Source: an uncultured Alphaproteobacteria bacterium
Lineage (GTDB): Bacteria; Pseudomonadota; Alphaproteobacteria; Rs-D84
Direction: 5' to 3'
Assembly: GCA_905234185.1 (NCBI GenBank)
Contig: CAJOGC010000001.1
Span: forward strand, 31,765-95,764
DNA length: 64,000 bases
This document shows, in pieces, positions 28,816 through 39,996 of this stretch; within the stretch, counting starts at the first letter, position 1, and each line of letters opens with the position of its first letter. The notes beneath the pieces were generated by a model. That model saw only the letters and a list, made by a program, of their open reading frames with translations. It searched no databases and was not told the origin of the DNA. The position numbers and the translations under genes were made by a program.

Positions 28816-30654
28816 ATGAAAATTCGCAATATTGCAATCATTGCACACGTTGACCACGGAAAAACGACCCTGGTTGATAATATGTTGAAACAAGCCGGAA
28901 CTTTTCGTGAAAACGAAAAGGTCGAAGACCGTGTTATGGACAGTGGCGACATTGAACGCGAACGCGGTATAACTATTTCGGCAAAGCCAACATCTATCCA
29001 ATGGGGCGAATATAAAATTAACATTGTGGACACCCCAGGCCACGCTGATTTTGGCGGTGAAGTTGAACGTATTTTATCCATGGTCGATGGCGTTGTCCTG
29101 TTGGTTGATGCCGCAGAAGGCCCCTTGCCCCAGACTAAGTTCGTTCTGGGTAAAGCATTGAAACTGGGGTTGCGTCCAATTGTTTGCATAAATAAGGTAG
29201 ATAGAAGCGACGCCCGTCCAGACGAAGTTTTAACAGAAACATTTGATTTGTTTGATAAATTAGGCGCAACTGATTCTCAGTTGGATTTTCCATACCTGTA
29301 TTCGGTTGGCCGTGATGGTTGGGCGGTTCGTAATTTAAGCGATGAACACAAAGACCTGACCCCGCTGTTTCAATTGATTGTTGACCATGTGCCGGCACCT
29401 GATTGCAATGGTTCGCGATGCCAGATTGATGCACCTTTTTCCATGTTGGCAACAACACTGGAAGCCGACCCATATGTTGGTCGTATTTTAACGGGTAAAG
29501 TGGAATCAGGCACCGTTCGTGTTGGCCAAACGGTCAAGGCAATTAATATGAACGGTGAATTTATCGAAAACGCCAAAATTACAAAAATAATTGAACACCG
29601 TGGTGTGGAAAAGGTTTCCCGTGACAGCGCGTCCGCCGGCGATATTATTGTTGTTGCTGGATTTTCCAAGGCAACCGTGGCGGATACCCTTTGTGACCCA
29701 TCTGTGACAGAGCCTATTCCGGCAATGCCGATTGACCCACCCACACTTACCATGACATTTTTTGTTAACACATCACCGTTGGCGGGTAAATCTGGCAAAA
29801 AATTAACATCGCGTATGATTGGCGAAAGACTTTTCCGCGAAGCCGAAACAAATATCGCACTAAAAGTCACACAAAGCGCCAACAACGAAAGTTTCGAGGT
29901 TTCTGGTCGTGGCGAATTACAATTGGGTATTTTAATTGAAACAATGCGCCGCGAAGGATTCGAATTATCTGTGTCCCGCCCGCGCGTTGTTATGCAAACG
30001 GGTCCCAACGGCGAAAAACTGGAACCAATCGAAGAAGTCGTTATTGATGTTGATGACGAATTTTCCGGTGTGGTTATTGAAAAGATGACCAAGCGCAAGG
30101 CAACAATTACAGAAATGAAGGCATCGGGTGCCGGCAAAACACGTATCGTGTTTTCCGCCCCGTCACGCGGCCTGATTGGTTATTTGTCCGAATTCCGCAC
30201 CGACACGCGTGGCACCGGTATTATGAATCGTGTGTTTGATAAATATGATGAATATCGTGGTCCCATTTCACAATATCGTCCGGGTGTGCTTGTTTCTATG
30301 GAGGCCGGATCGGCCGCAACATATGCGTTGCACAATCTGGAACCACGTGGCACATTATTTATCGGACCACAAACCGAAGTTTATTCGGGCATGATTATCG
30401 GCGAACACTCCAAAGAAAATGATATAGAGGTTAATCCGGTCAAGGGTAAGCAATTAACAAATGTTCGTTCGGTAACGGCGGACGAAAAACTGTTCCTTGC
30501 CCCGCCCCGTAAAATGAGTCTGGAAGAAGCTTTGTCATACATCCAAGATGACGAATTGGTCGAAGTCACACCCGCGGTAATACGTCTGCGTAAAAAGGAA
30601 CTGGACAGCGGCAAACGCAAAAAAGCATATCGGTTCGCTGAAACCGACGAATAA
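28816..30654 (+). CDS. typA: translational GTPase TypA/BipA
   Basis: 612 aa with G-domain motifs (AHVDHGKTT, DTPGHADF, NKVD) and BipA-type C-terminal domains. Confidence 0.9.
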   Translation: MKIRNIAIIAHVDHGKTTLVDNMLKQAGTFRENEKVEDRVMDSGDIERERGITISAKPTSIQWGEYKINIVDTPGHADFGGEVERILSMVDGVVLLVDAAEGPLPQTKFVLGKALKLGLRPIVCINKVDRSDARPDEVLTETFDLFDKLGATDSQLDFPYLYSVGRDGWAVRNLSDEHKDLTPLFQLIVDHVPAPDCNGSRCQIDAPFSMLATTLEADPYVGRILTGKVESGTVRVGQTVKAINMNGEFIENAKITKIIEHRGVEKVSRDSASAGDIIVVAGFSKATVADTLCDPSVTEPIPAMPIDPPTLTMTFFVNTSPLAGKSGKKLTSRMIGERLFREAETNIALKVTQSANNESFEVSGRGELQLGILIETMRREGFELSVSRPRVVMQTGPNGEKLEPIEEVVIDVDDEFSGVVIEKMTKRKATITEMKASGAGKTRIVFSAPSRGLIGYLSEFRTDTRGTGIMNRVFDKYDEYRGPISQYRPGVLVSMEAGSAATYALHNLEPRGTLFIGPQTEVYSGMIIGEHSKENDIEVNPVKGKQLTNVRSVTADEKLFLAPPRKMSLEEALSYIQDDELVEVTPAVIRLRKKELDSGKRKKAYRFAETDE

Positions 30655-30659
30655 ACAAA

Positions 30660-30686
30660 CCCGCCCGACTGGGCGGTATGTTTTTA
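30660..30686 (+). terminator. rho-independent terminator after typA
   Basis: ccgcccgactgggcgg followed by tatgttttta. Confidence 0.5.
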
Positions 30687-31880
30687 TCTAATTTTCGACC
30701 TTAAGAACGCACGATATTTTTTACGGTTATCGCGTCCCGGGATTACACACGCAGACAATTTTATAAACACATTTAATATCTTGTATATGCATGTTTCCGC
30801 CGTATGCGTATCATTATAAATTTCATAAAGCCGATTATATTCATCCAAATCAGACCTATTCATATCCATATCGTCATCATTATATTTTATTCCAAAATCG
30901 TCCATAAATTTACGCATATATTTTGTCATACCAATAATTTGTGGCACATCGGAATAATGTGCCGTTTTATTTTTTTCAACGGACGCGGACACAAAAACAC
31001 CGCGTAACCCACGGGTTTTATTTATCAATGTTTGTGTACCAGCGGAATCTTTATTTTTACGATTTCGTTTAATCTGAATCACGGTACCACCACGCGGCAT
31101 AAACAATGCCAAGTGCAGTCCTGTCCCAGCACACCCAGCCAATATATTACAATGCCCGACAACCGCCGCCTGGTCCCGCAGAGACATTGTTTCCGGATAA
31201 ATTATTTTGAACCCATTCCGTTTGAAAATGTTCTGAATTTTTTCCTCGCCCAGTGTTCTGCGTGTTCCCATTTTAGCACGCGAAATATAAAGTTTTTTAC
31301 TATACCGCCCCACCCCATTATCTATATTCTTTACAATATAATCAAAAACTTTTCCATATTCCGGCGATGTATATCTGAACATATCAAACGATTGGGTCGG
31401 AACATACACATTTCTGAAACGTGTTGTTTTATCGATTATGATTATATGTTCCCGGGGTACACCAACCATTTCCACCATATTGTACATAAATTGCGGAACA
31501 GCAACCCCTTTATAATTAGCAAACACCACATATTTATCATGCATATCATTACCAAGCATGGCGTACATCCGACAAAAATGTTCCAACAAAAAATGTCCAA
31601 AATGAGGCATTACCCCGCCAATATACACAACATCTTTGTCCACAAAATCGATATCATTTTTTGATATTTTCGGTATACGTTGGCGCGCATTACCACGTGT
31701 TTTGAAGCTTTCCCGCACAAAATGCAAATTGTTGTCAAAAACACCATAACTGCCATTTTCAACAGCAATGATGCCTTTTTTTATATGAACGATTTTATTT
31801 TCCCGAATGCCACAACGACATGTATTACGCCAAAACCAAAATTTATAGAAAAAATCCGAATAAATAGTAACCATTTTCAA
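30684..31880 (-). CDS. glycosyltransferase, GT61/DUF563-like
   Basis: 398 aa. The HFGHFLLEHFCRMYAML motif is reminiscent of the DUF563/GT61 family (Y/F-x-H-W/F-L-x-E). Very AT-rich. Confidence 0.4.
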   Translation of the reverse strand: MKMVTIYSDFFYKFWFWRNTCRCGIRENKIVHIKKGIIAVENGSYGVFDNNLHFVRESFKTRGNARQRIPKISKNDIDFVDKDVVYIGGVMPHFGHFLLEHFCRMYAMLGNDMHDKYVVFANYKGVAVPQFMYNMVEMVGVPREHIIIIDKTTRFRNVYVPTQSFDMFRYTSPEYGKVFDYIVKNIDNGVGRYSKKLYISRAKMGTRRTLGEEKIQNIFKRNGFKIIYPETMSLRDQAAVVGHCNILAGCAGTGLHLALFMPRGGTVIQIKRNRKNKDSAGTQTLINKTRGLRGVFVSASVEKNKTAHYSDVPQIIGMTKYMRKFMDDFGIKYNDDDMDMNRSDLDEYNRLYEIYNDTHTAETCIYKILNVFIKLSACVIPGRDNRKKYRAFLRSKIR

Positions 31881-32003
31881 TCACCACACCCACATCGAAC
31901 TATACACCCCACCCACCCGCGTTCGCAAGTATGAAATATCGTAAAAGTTTATTCTGTTGCAAAGCAATCATAAACCGGTTATCTTTCAATCAAAGGATTA
32001 AAC

Positions 32004-32942
32004 ATGGCACTACCACACATTTCAAAACCAAGGAAAATATTATCCCAAGTTTTAACATTCTGGATTCCGTCCAAGAAATATCGCCGTGCATTTCGCGGCA
32101 TGCTGCAATTTGGCCTTGTTAAACGGTGGCGCGTTTTGCGTAATGACCGCAAAAAACACTTCGAAAACGAGATTGCGATCGGTGCCATTATGAAGGACGA
32201 AGGGCCCTATCTAAAAGAATGGTTGGATTTTCATATCCTTGTCGGAATTACAAAATTTTATCTTTATGACAATGATTCGACCGATAATACGCGCGACATA
32301 TTGAAACCATATATCGAACGTGGCATTGTCGAATATCACTGGTTCCCGGGCAAATGTATGCAATTGCCGGCATACCTGGAAATTATAAACAATCATTCGG
32401 ATGACACGCGCTGGTTGGCATTAATCGATTTGGACGAATTTTTAGTTCCGGTTCACCACGAAACAGTGTCCGAATTTTTACATACTATGCCGTCAAATTT
32501 TGCCCAGTTAATTGTCACATGGGTAATATATGGATCATCGGGCCATAAAACAAAACCCGATGGATTGTTAATGGAAAACTACAAACATCATGCCAAGAAT
32601 ACATTTGGAATCAAGGCCATTGTAAATCCGCGTCTTTTGGTGGAATATACATGCTTGCACCAAAACCTTGTTGCGGGATGGACGATTGACAATAATGGTA
32701 AAAAACTGGGGCATACACACCAATCAACAAATCCACCGGCGTATAATAATCTGCGACTTAATCATTATTATACTAAATCATACGAAGAATATATGGCCAA
32801 ATTCAAGCGCGGCACCGCCACCGGCGAAAGTAGCGAATATCGGAATGCGGAAAAATTCAAACTGTATGATCGCAACGAAGTCTATGACGACATCATGGAT
32901 AAATATATCGAAAAACTGCACGTTATGAATTCTGGCGAATAA
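32004..32942 (+). CDS. GT-A fold glycosyltransferase, GT92/GT2-like (DxD)
   Basis: 312 aa with …KDEGPYLKEWLDFHILVGITKFYLYDNDSTDNT… and a DLDEF DxD motif. Confidence 0.45.
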   Translation: MALPHISKPRKILSQVLTFWIPSKKYRRAFRGMLQFGLVKRWRVLRNDRKKHFENEIAIGAIMKDEGPYLKEWLDFHILVGITKFYLYDNDSTDNTRDILKPYIERGIVEYHWFPGKCMQLPAYLEIINNHSDDTRWLALIDLDEFLVPVHHETVSEFLHTMPSNFAQLIVTWVIYGSSGHKTKPDGLLMENYKHHAKNTFGIKAIVNPRLLVEYTCLHQNLVAGWTIDNNGKKLGHTHQSTNPPAYNNLRLNHYYTKSYEEYMAKFKRGTATGESSEYRNAEKFKLYDRNEVYDDIMDKYIEKLHVMNSGE

Positions 32943-33942
32943 AATCTAATATTCGTCGACGATATCGACGCGCATGCATTCCCGGCGCTAAATCCAGTAC
33001 GCCAACGGTTTGTAATTTTTTGAATGCATCGGCAATGTCGCGCCGAGTTGCGACATCTGTTGTCCGCATTGCATCACGATATACGCGACTTAATATCGAC
33101 CATAAAAATCGTTTATACCAAATTCGCGCATCACGCCGATTCGCCTTTTTGCGATATTCATCGGCCATCTTACCAAAACCAGCAATGGTTCCAACCGCCG
33201 TTTGTCCCGCCCCGGCATGCAATGCCGATGTTGCATTGACAGTGTAATAATACAATGGCAACCGCGTAATAACACCACTTAGTCGGCGCATCAATACCAT
33301 TGACCAAAAAAGTGTATCTTCGAACACGCGCATTTTTGTATCAAAGCGCAAGTCGTTTATTGCGCGCCGTCTGTACATGCGCATCCATATCATTCCATTT
33401 TGCACATACCATGACCGTGGTCCAAAATCACTGTTCGTTGATCGTGTAATAAGGTTTTTTACATATTTATATTTTATCTTATCTGTATCATATTTATTTT
33501 TAAATGATTCGGGCATTTTGTCCGGTGGAAAATTGACCGCATCCGGCGCATTATGTGCCACACGATCATATTCAAACGCAACCACATCAACATCTTCTCG
33601 CCGTGCAATCTTGTAAAGAATTTCCATTGTTTGCGGATGAATACAGTCGTCCGCGTCCAGAAACATGATATATTCCCCATCGGCCATATCCAACGCTGTA
33701 TTGCGCGCCGCTGAAACACCGGCATTTTTCTTGTGCACAACGATAAAACGGTCATCATGTGCCGCATATTTATCCGCAATTTTGCCGGAATCGTCAGGTG
33801 AACCATCATCAACCAAAATCGCAGACCAATCATAAAAAGTCTGATTCAACACCGAATCCAGGCATCGTGGTAAATATTTTTCGACATTATATATTGGAAT
33901 AATTATGGTTATTTTATGTGACATTGTTTTACCCTGTTGCAA
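32923..33942 (-). CDS. family 2 glycosyltransferase
   Basis: Start probably at MSHKITIIIPIYN…. Classic GT2 N-terminus (IIIPIYNVEKYL…VDDGSPD…FLDADD). Paralog of 36804..37826. Confidence 0.75.
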   Translation of the reverse strand: MQQGKTMSHKITIIIPIYNVEKYLPRCLDSVLNQTFYDWSAILVDDGSPDDSGKIADKYAAHDDRFIVVHKKNAGVSAARNTALDMADGEYIMFLDADDCIHPQTMEILYKIARREDVDVVAFEYDRVAHNAPDAVNFPPDKMPESFKNKYDTDKIKYKYVKNLITRSTNSDFGPRSWYVQNGMIWMRMYRRRAINDLRFDTKMRVFEDTLFWSMVLMRRLSGVITRLPLYYYTVNATSALHAGAGQTAVGTIAGFGKMADEYRKKANRRDARIWYKRFLWSILSRVYRDAMRTTDVATRRDIADAFKKLQTVGVLDLAPGMHARRYRRRILDFIRQNS

Positions 33943-34836
33943 AATCGTCTCAAAACGTGTAAATTATATTATGAAAAAGGAATAAAATCCATGACAAAAC
34001 GTTTGTTTCTTTTCGCGGGCTATGATGCAAATGGCATTATTGACGATGCATTAATTTACTATGTGCGCGCATTATCACGACATGGCGATGTAATATTATG
34101 CATGGACAATGACTGTAAAAAATCAGAACTTGATAAAATAAAGCCATTTGTCTTGCATCCAATTGCGATTCGTCATGGCGAATATGATTTTGGTTCTTAT
34201 AAACGGGCCTATGTTTGGGCACGCGATAAAAAAATATTAACACATTATGATAATATTTACCTTGTGAATGATTCTGTATTTGGCCCATTATATGATGTGG
34301 CAACCACAATAAGAAAAATGGAATCCACAAAAACAGACGCCACCGGTTTGGTTATCGCCACCCATAAAACACATGAATATATGGAATCTTGGTTTGTCCG
34401 GTTAAACAAGCGAATATTTATGTCCAAATGGTTTGACGCATTTATGTCATCGGTTCAACACGAAGAATATAAATATATTATAACGGTAAAATATGAACAT
34501 GGGTTGACGAACATTATCAGAAACAATGGTTGTTCTTTTGCGGCCGTTTATACTGTACGGGGACGCTATACATACAATCATCCCAAACGATTATTCCAAC
34601 GCGGCTGTCCATTTATAAAACGCGCATGTTTTACCCGACATAATGGTGCCGCCGGTGCACAAATAAGATATGTATTGTGTCATGGTGCAAAAGGTGCATG
34701 CAACGCTATAATTAATACTGCGAACCGGGTTTATGGTGTTGGGTATATGAACTGGCTATTAACCAGCAACCCCATAAAGATTATGATTCGCAACATTAAA
34801 TATGCACATAAAAAACTAAAAAGTGGCGAAATATGA
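33937..34836 (+). CDS. polysaccharide biosynthesis protein (RgpF / rhamnosyltransferase-like), tentative
   Basis: 299 aa. Likely start at MTKRLFLFAGYD…. It resembles the rhamnan-synthesis RgpF family only loosely. Confidence 0.3.
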   Translation: MQNRLKTCKLYYEKGIKSMTKRLFLFAGYDANGIIDDALIYYVRALSRHGDVILCMDNDCKKSELDKIKPFVLHPIAIRHGEYDFGSYKRAYVWARDKKILTHYDNIYLVNDSVFGPLYDVATTIRKMESTKTDATGLVIATHKTHEYMESWFVRLNKRIFMSKWFDAFMSSVQHEEYKYIITVKYEHGLTNIIRNNGCSFAAVYTVRGRYTYNHPKRLFQRGCPFIKRACFTRHNGAAGAQIRYVLCHGAKGACNAIINTANRVYGVGYMNWLLTSNPIKIMIRNIKYAHKKLKSGEI

Positions 34837-35669
34837 AAAAATCGAAAAAAATTGCGGCAATTACAATGGCACGCGACGATGAATTTTTCTTGTCACGCTG
34901 GATTGCGTACTATGGCAAACAACTGGGGACGGAAAACCTGTATATTTTATTGGATGGCACCGACCAGAAAAAACCCGCAAACGCCGGAAACGCGCACATA
35001 AAGAAACTTGCACACACGGCTATGTCGCGCGCCGCGGGTGATAAATATCGTATTGGTAAATTGACCGATTTAGCGCATGAGTTATTGAAAAATTATGATA
35101 TTGTGATTGGCTGTGATTCTGATGAATTCCTGGTTGTTGACCCAAACACAAAAAAGACATTGGCGGAATATCTATCTGAATCAAACATAAAAACAACCGT
35201 ATCTGGGCTGGGCCTGGACATTGGCCAACACATGAAACTGGAAAAACCGTTGGATTGTGATATGGCATTATTAGAACAACGCGAATATGCCCTGATTTCC
35301 ACACGATACACAAAACCCGTTGTCATAAACAAACCTGTCCGTTGGGGCAGCGGATTTCACAGTATAAAAAGTCATAATTTTCACATAGACCCAAATTTAT
35401 ATCTTTTGCATTTTGGCGCGGTTGACATGAACATGCTGATAAAAAAAGCGGAAAAACGCGGGGCCGATTGGGTAAACCATCTGCACCGTCGTGGCAATGG
35501 CACCATTAACGCCGTCACATCAAAAAAACCGCAACCCGAACAATTCATGCACATAGCGCGAATTATGCAACAAATTTTTCGCCCTATATATGCTTTTGAT
35601 AAACCTGGCATGTTGGGATTAAAACGCGTTGTAAAAATACCAGAAAGATTTAAGATTTACGATTTATAA
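34833..35669 (+). CDS. GT-A fold glycosyltransferase (GT92/GT2-like)
   Basis: 278 aa with …ITMARDDEFFLSRWIAYYGKQLGTENLYILLDGTDQ… and CDSDEF DxD-like motifs. Related to 32004..32942. Confidence 0.4.
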   Translation: MKKSKKIAAITMARDDEFFLSRWIAYYGKQLGTENLYILLDGTDQKKPANAGNAHIKKLAHTAMSRAAGDKYRIGKLTDLAHELLKNYDIVIGCDSDEFLVVDPNTKKTLAEYLSESNIKTTVSGLGLDIGQHMKLEKPLDCDMALLEQREYALISTRYTKPVVINKPVRWGSGFHSIKSHNFHIDPNLYLLHFGAVDMNMLIKKAEKRGADWVNHLHRRGNGTINAVTSKKPQPEQFMHIARIMQQIFRPIYAFDKPGMLGLKRVVKIPERFKIYDL

Positions 35670-36804
35670 TTTCTGATTTTATCTGGGTCGCAATTTCATT
35701 CGCATCAAAACGTTTCAGATTTTTTGTTGCAACATTTATCATTTTTTTGACATCGACCGTATTATTGTAAACGGCATCCATGTGTTGTGCCAATCTGCCC
35801 GCATCACCAACATTAAACAACAGTCCCGCCCGTCCGTCCATTAAAACCTCTCGCGGACCAAAGGCACAATCAGATGCTATGTTCAATGTTCCAACGGCCA
35901 TTGATTCTATTAACACGATGGCAAACCCCTCACCAACACTGGACAATATATTCGCACGCGCCCCACGCATAAATCCGAACGGATTTTCAACAGTACCCAT
36001 AAATATAATATGTTCTTTTGCGGACACGCCACGCGCAAACGATTCCAATTGTGGCCGCGAATAACCATCACCAACGATTACCAAATTAATATCCGGTTTA
36101 TTGTTTTTTTGCCAGAATGCATCAAATGCGCGAATCACGGTTTCAATATCCTTACCATTAACCAGTCGCGAAACACATACAAAATAATCCCCATCATACC
36201 CGGTTTCATTGGCGGCTATATTGCGAATTTCGATTAAATCCAACGGATTATAAATTCGTATAATTTTATCGACATATTGTGGATATTCGTGGCGCAATTC
36301 ATCGGCAAAAGCATCCGTCAAAACAACAAAACGGTCATATTCAGATAAATAACGCACATATCCACCATGGTGAAATTTTGCTGTCGAAGAATGCCACCAC
36401 GCTATTTTCGGTATATTCAATTTAGCAATTTCACGCACACAATCAAAATCATAATAATCAACAACAACATCTATGTCACGGAACATGCGTTTGTTGAATA
36501 ACAATCGCCACATCCAACGATAACTATCGCGCACTATGTGCTTTGATACACGCCACACAAAGAAATGTGGTAAATCAGTTCCCAGATATTTGCATGGATA
36601 CAATGTCCGCACAGAAATATTTTTATGCACATCGAACCACCGCCGCCATCTGTCACGAATTGGTGTATATGTAATCACAATTATATTCAAATCCGAAAAT
36701 GACGACAACTTATCCAGTGTCCGCACAAGAACACTTTCGACCCCCCCGACCTTCATGTCACGCAAACAAAATGCAACATTAATTTTGCGTTTTTTATTCA
36801 CCAT
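35650..36804 (-). CDS. GT4 (group 1) glycosyltransferase
   Basis: 384 aa with the C-terminal EX7E-type motif region (…SVGEGFAIVLIESMAVGTLNIASD…). Confidence 0.7.
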   Translation of the reverse strand: MVNKKRKINVAFCLRDMKVGGVESVLVRTLDKLSSFSDLNIIVITYTPIRDRWRRWFDVHKNISVRTLYPCKYLGTDLPHFFVWRVSKHIVRDSYRWMWRLLFNKRMFRDIDVVVDYYDFDCVREIAKLNIPKIAWWHSSTAKFHHGGYVRYLSEYDRFVVLTDAFADELRHEYPQYVDKIIRIYNPLDLIEIRNIAANETGYDGDYFVCVSRLVNGKDIETVIRAFDAFWQKNNKPDINLVIVGDGYSRPQLESFARGVSAKEHIIFMGTVENPFGFMRGARANILSSVGEGFAIVLIESMAVGTLNIASDCAFGPREVLMDGRAGLLFNVGDAGRLAQHMDAVYNNTVDVKKMINVATKNLKRFDANEIATQIKSEIINRKS

Positions 36805-37826
36805 TACTTAATATCCCCGCGCGCAAATCGTATAAGGTTATATTTCATATCACACCATTCACATGTCGGACATTCCAACGCCCCCGACAAAACTAAATCC
36901 CGCATACATTGACGCGCAGATTCACGATCCGCCGGTGTTTCCATATATCGCACCTTGCGGAAAGCCCAATGCACAAAATACCACATAAAATTATCCGCCC
37001 ACATTTTCAATTGATAAGGTGTGGCATGTTCACGATATGCCGCATAAGAAGTTTCGATGCCGATACACAAACTCTGCATAATTCGCAACTGTTTTGCAGC
37101 CAACACAATGCCATTAAAATTCGGTATATAGAAATACAACGGCAAAGGCATAATCGTGACCCTTGGGTTTTTCAACATAACAACGGACCACCATGGAAAA
37201 TCTTCGAACAAAATACCCTTAATAAACGGTATATCGGCAATTAATTCACGACGATACATATTCTTCCAAACCTGGCAATGCTTAATAAGCCATTTGCGTC
37301 TGGGATGGAACATATTATGTGTCCGTTCTGTTGCATACTGATACACATCGTTTGTGACCAATGTCTTTATTTTATTAGGTTTATATTTTTTGTAAAGACG
37401 ACGCGGCACAACATTATCCGTCCGCATATGCAAAAAATGCCGCACGATAAGTTGTGGTCGATAATGCCGATCATATGTAAAAGAAACAATATCAGAGTTA
37501 TCCCGTTGGGCCATATAGTAAGCCAATTCCATCGTTTGCGGATGGATAAAATCATCACTGTCCAGATACATGATATATTCGCCACGCGCATGCGGGAATC
37601 CGGCGTTTCGTGCATCTGACAAACCACCGTTTTTCTTGTTCACAATTTTGAACCGTTTATCCCGCGCGGCATATTCTGCTAATATTTTATCAGAATTATC
37701 GGGGCTGCCATCGTTTACACAAATTGCCTCCCAATCAGAAAAAGTCTGATTCAGAACGCTGTCCAAACACCGCCGCAGATATTTTTCAACATTATACACC
37801 GGTATTATTATAGATATTGCTGGCAT
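36804..37826 (-). CDS. family 2 glycosyltransferase (paralog)
   Basis: MPAISIIIPVYNVEKYLRRCLDSVLNQTF…VNDGSPDNS…LDSDD. Its N-terminal ~100 aa are near-identical in pattern to 32923..33942. Confidence 0.75.
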   Translation of the reverse strand: MPAISIIIPVYNVEKYLRRCLDSVLNQTFSDWEAICVNDGSPDNSDKILAEYAARDKRFKIVNKKNGGLSDARNAGFPHARGEYIMYLDSDDFIHPQTMELAYYMAQRDNSDIVSFTYDRHYRPQLIVRHFLHMRTDNVVPRRLYKKYKPNKIKTLVTNDVYQYATERTHNMFHPRRKWLIKHCQVWKNMYRRELIADIPFIKGILFEDFPWWSVVMLKNPRVTIMPLPLYFYIPNFNGIVLAAKQLRIMQSLCIGIETSYAAYREHATPYQLKMWADNFMWYFVHWAFRKVRYMETPADRESARQCMRDLVLSGALECPTCEWCDMKYNLIRFARGDIK

Positions 37827-37842
37827 AGGCGCCCCCGTGGTT

Positions 37843-38757
37843 TTATTTATACATCTTGTTTATCATGACATCCGCGAATGATCCGGGTATCGGATGTTCC
37901 GTTCCACGATAAGTTGTTTTCTGGAAAAATGATTCTGATGTTAATTTATCAAATATCTTTTTATCAAATGGTTTATCCTGATACGCCCACCATAACGCGT
38001 GTGTGGGATCTTGATCAACGTGCGGCATTTTTTTGAAATGTTTTTTCGCGCGCGAATCATTTTCAACCAATGTTCTGAATAATAATTGGTGCATAAAATA
38101 ATCAAAAGTATGATTTTCGTGCATCCAATAATCCAAAATCATAGCACGCCACGCCGCTAACAAATAAGCCCCCCGTCGTGCGCGGATAAAACAATTCTGC
38201 ATAAACGAATATGGACTGCCCCCGATGTTATAATTATGCCCCGCCAAATATACAAAGAAGTCTTCGTCACTTATCCACTTTGGAATCGGCGATGTCACAA
38301 ACCCCGTTGCGTCAAGCCAATATCCGCCATAGCGATATAATAATTCTACACGACAAATATCCGCAAAATGTGCATTACCTATTTTCCCGTCACGATATTT
38401 ATTCACAATTTCGACCGGCAAATCGATATAGTCAAAAATCGTATCTGCATCCAAAATAACCAATTCCTGTTTACAGTGTTTTCTGACACTCTTGAAACAT
38501 GCCTTTACTAACTTTGGTGCCTTTGCTTCGCCTTGCAACCAGATTGTCCAAATTTTGTCGTTTTTATCATTGTTCACAACGGGTTCTTCAACAACCGTGG
38601 CCGCCGCGGGTAAATAGCGCCTAAAATATTTCGTTGCTATCTTGGCGGTATAATCTGTTCGAACACGGCGACGAGCGGCGCGTTCACGCCACGGCCAGTT
38701 TAATATATGACCATGAATAACAATTTTGGTCAACGCCCACATACGTGCTATTTTCAT
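37843..38757 (-). CDS. GT32/Och1-like (capsule-synthesis 'Caps_synth' DXD) glycosyltransferase
   Basis: 304 aa with …WTIWLQGEAKAPKLVKAC…ADICRVELLYRYGGYWLDATGF…, resembling the Gly_transf_sug family. Confidence 0.45.
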   Translation of the reverse strand: MKIARMWALTKIVIHGHILNWPWRERAARRRVRTDYTAKIATKYFRRYLPAAATVVEEPVVNNDKNDKIWTIWLQGEAKAPKLVKACFKSVRKHCKQELVILDADTIFDYIDLPVEIVNKYRDGKIGNAHFADICRVELLYRYGGYWLDATGFVTSPIPKWISDEDFFVYLAGHNYNIGGSPYSFMQNCFIRARRGAYLLAAWRAMILDYWMHENHTFDYFMHQLLFRTLVENDSRAKKHFKKMPHVDQDPTHALWWAYQDKPFDKKIFDKLTSESFFQKTTYRGTEHPIPGSFADVMINKMYK

Positions 38758-38860
38758 ATTTTTCCTTTTTATTATCCTTCAAAATCTGTTTTCAATATTT
38801 TCATCTTGCTATCCTTATAACAATCATTGTGGGACAGGATGAAACCCGTCCCACACATAC

Positions 38861-39934
38861 TTATTCTGCAACATCAACCGTGTCTTCTTCGGACGGTCCG
38901 GTTGTCATTTCTTCGGCGATACCGGATGAACGCGCCATAATTTTATCAAGCAATTCTTGCTGAACATCCGGATGGTCTTTCAACCACTGGCGCGCGTTTG
39001 CTTCACCCTGACCTATTCTTTCATTATTATATGAATAGAAAGAACCAGCCTTTTCAATAAAATCGTATTTCACCCCCATATCAAGTATTTCACTGATACG
39101 GGAAATACCTTCGCCATACATAATCTTAAAGTCAACGGTACGGAACGGCGGCGCAACCTTGTTTTTAACAATTTTGACCCGCGTTTCATTTCCAACCACA
39201 TTTTCTTTATCCTTAATCGCCCCCGTCCGGCGAATATCCAAACGCACCGACGCATAGAATTTCAACGCATTTCCGCCCGATGTTGTTTCGGGATTACCGA
39301 ACATAACACCAATCTTCATACGAATCTGATTAATAAAGATAAGCAATGTATTACTGCGTGATACGCTGCCCGCCAATTTTTTCAATGACTGCGACATCAA
39401 ACGCGCGGTTGTTCCGACAAACGAATCGCCAATATTACCCTCTAATTCCGCCTTGGGCACCAATGCCGCAACCGAATCGATAACCACGACATCGACCGCC
39501 CCAGACTTGATAAGGGTGTCCGCGATTTCCAATGCCTGTTCACCCGAATCAGGTTGAGAGATAATTAATTCAGAAACATTAACACCCAATTTTTTCGCAT
39601 AAGATGGATCCAGCGCATTTTCCGCATCAATATATGCACATGTGCCACCTTTCTTTTGTGCTTCGGCCACAGCGTGCAATGCCAACGTTGTTTTACCAGA
39701 ACTTTCCGGACCATATATTTCAACAATGCGACCACGCGGATACCCACCGATTCCCAACGCAATATCCAACCCCAAAGAACCAGATGAAATCGCCTCTATA
39801 TTCTGGACCGAACCATCGCCCATTTTCATGATTGCTTCTTTACCAAACTGCTTCTGAATTTGGGCCAAAGCAGATTCCAACGCCGGATTTCTTGTCGGCG
39901 CAGATACTTCTTTTGAAACTTCTTTTTTTGCCAT
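38861..39934 (-). CDS. recA: recombinase RecA
   Basis: 357 aa with Walker A (GPESSGKTT) and the RecA signature region. Confidence 0.9.
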   Translation of the reverse strand: MAKKEVSKEVSAPTRNPALESALAQIQKQFGKEAIMKMGDGSVQNIEAISSGSLGLDIALGIGGYPRGRIVEIYGPESSGKTTLALHAVAEAQKKGGTCAYIDAENALDPSYAKKLGVNVSELIISQPDSGEQALEIADTLIKSGAVDVVVIDSVAALVPKAELEGNIGDSFVGTTARLMSQSLKKLAGSVSRSNTLLIFINQIRMKIGVMFGNPETTSGGNALKFYASVRLDIRRTGAIKDKENVVGNETRVKIVKNKVAPPFRTVDFKIMYGEGISRISEILDMGVKYDFIEKAGSFYSYNNERIGQGEANARQWLKDHPDVQQELLDKIMARSSGIAEEMTTGPSEEDTVDVAE

Positions 39935-39996
39935 TAAAATTCCCCTTTACTTAACAGGCAAATCATACTAAGAAAAACCGCACCACGCAACAGATT

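Noticed and set aside
29370-30137. 255-aa ORF antisense to typA
   Set aside because: It is fully embedded in the well-supported typA CDS. Its composition is S/I/T-rich with no motif.
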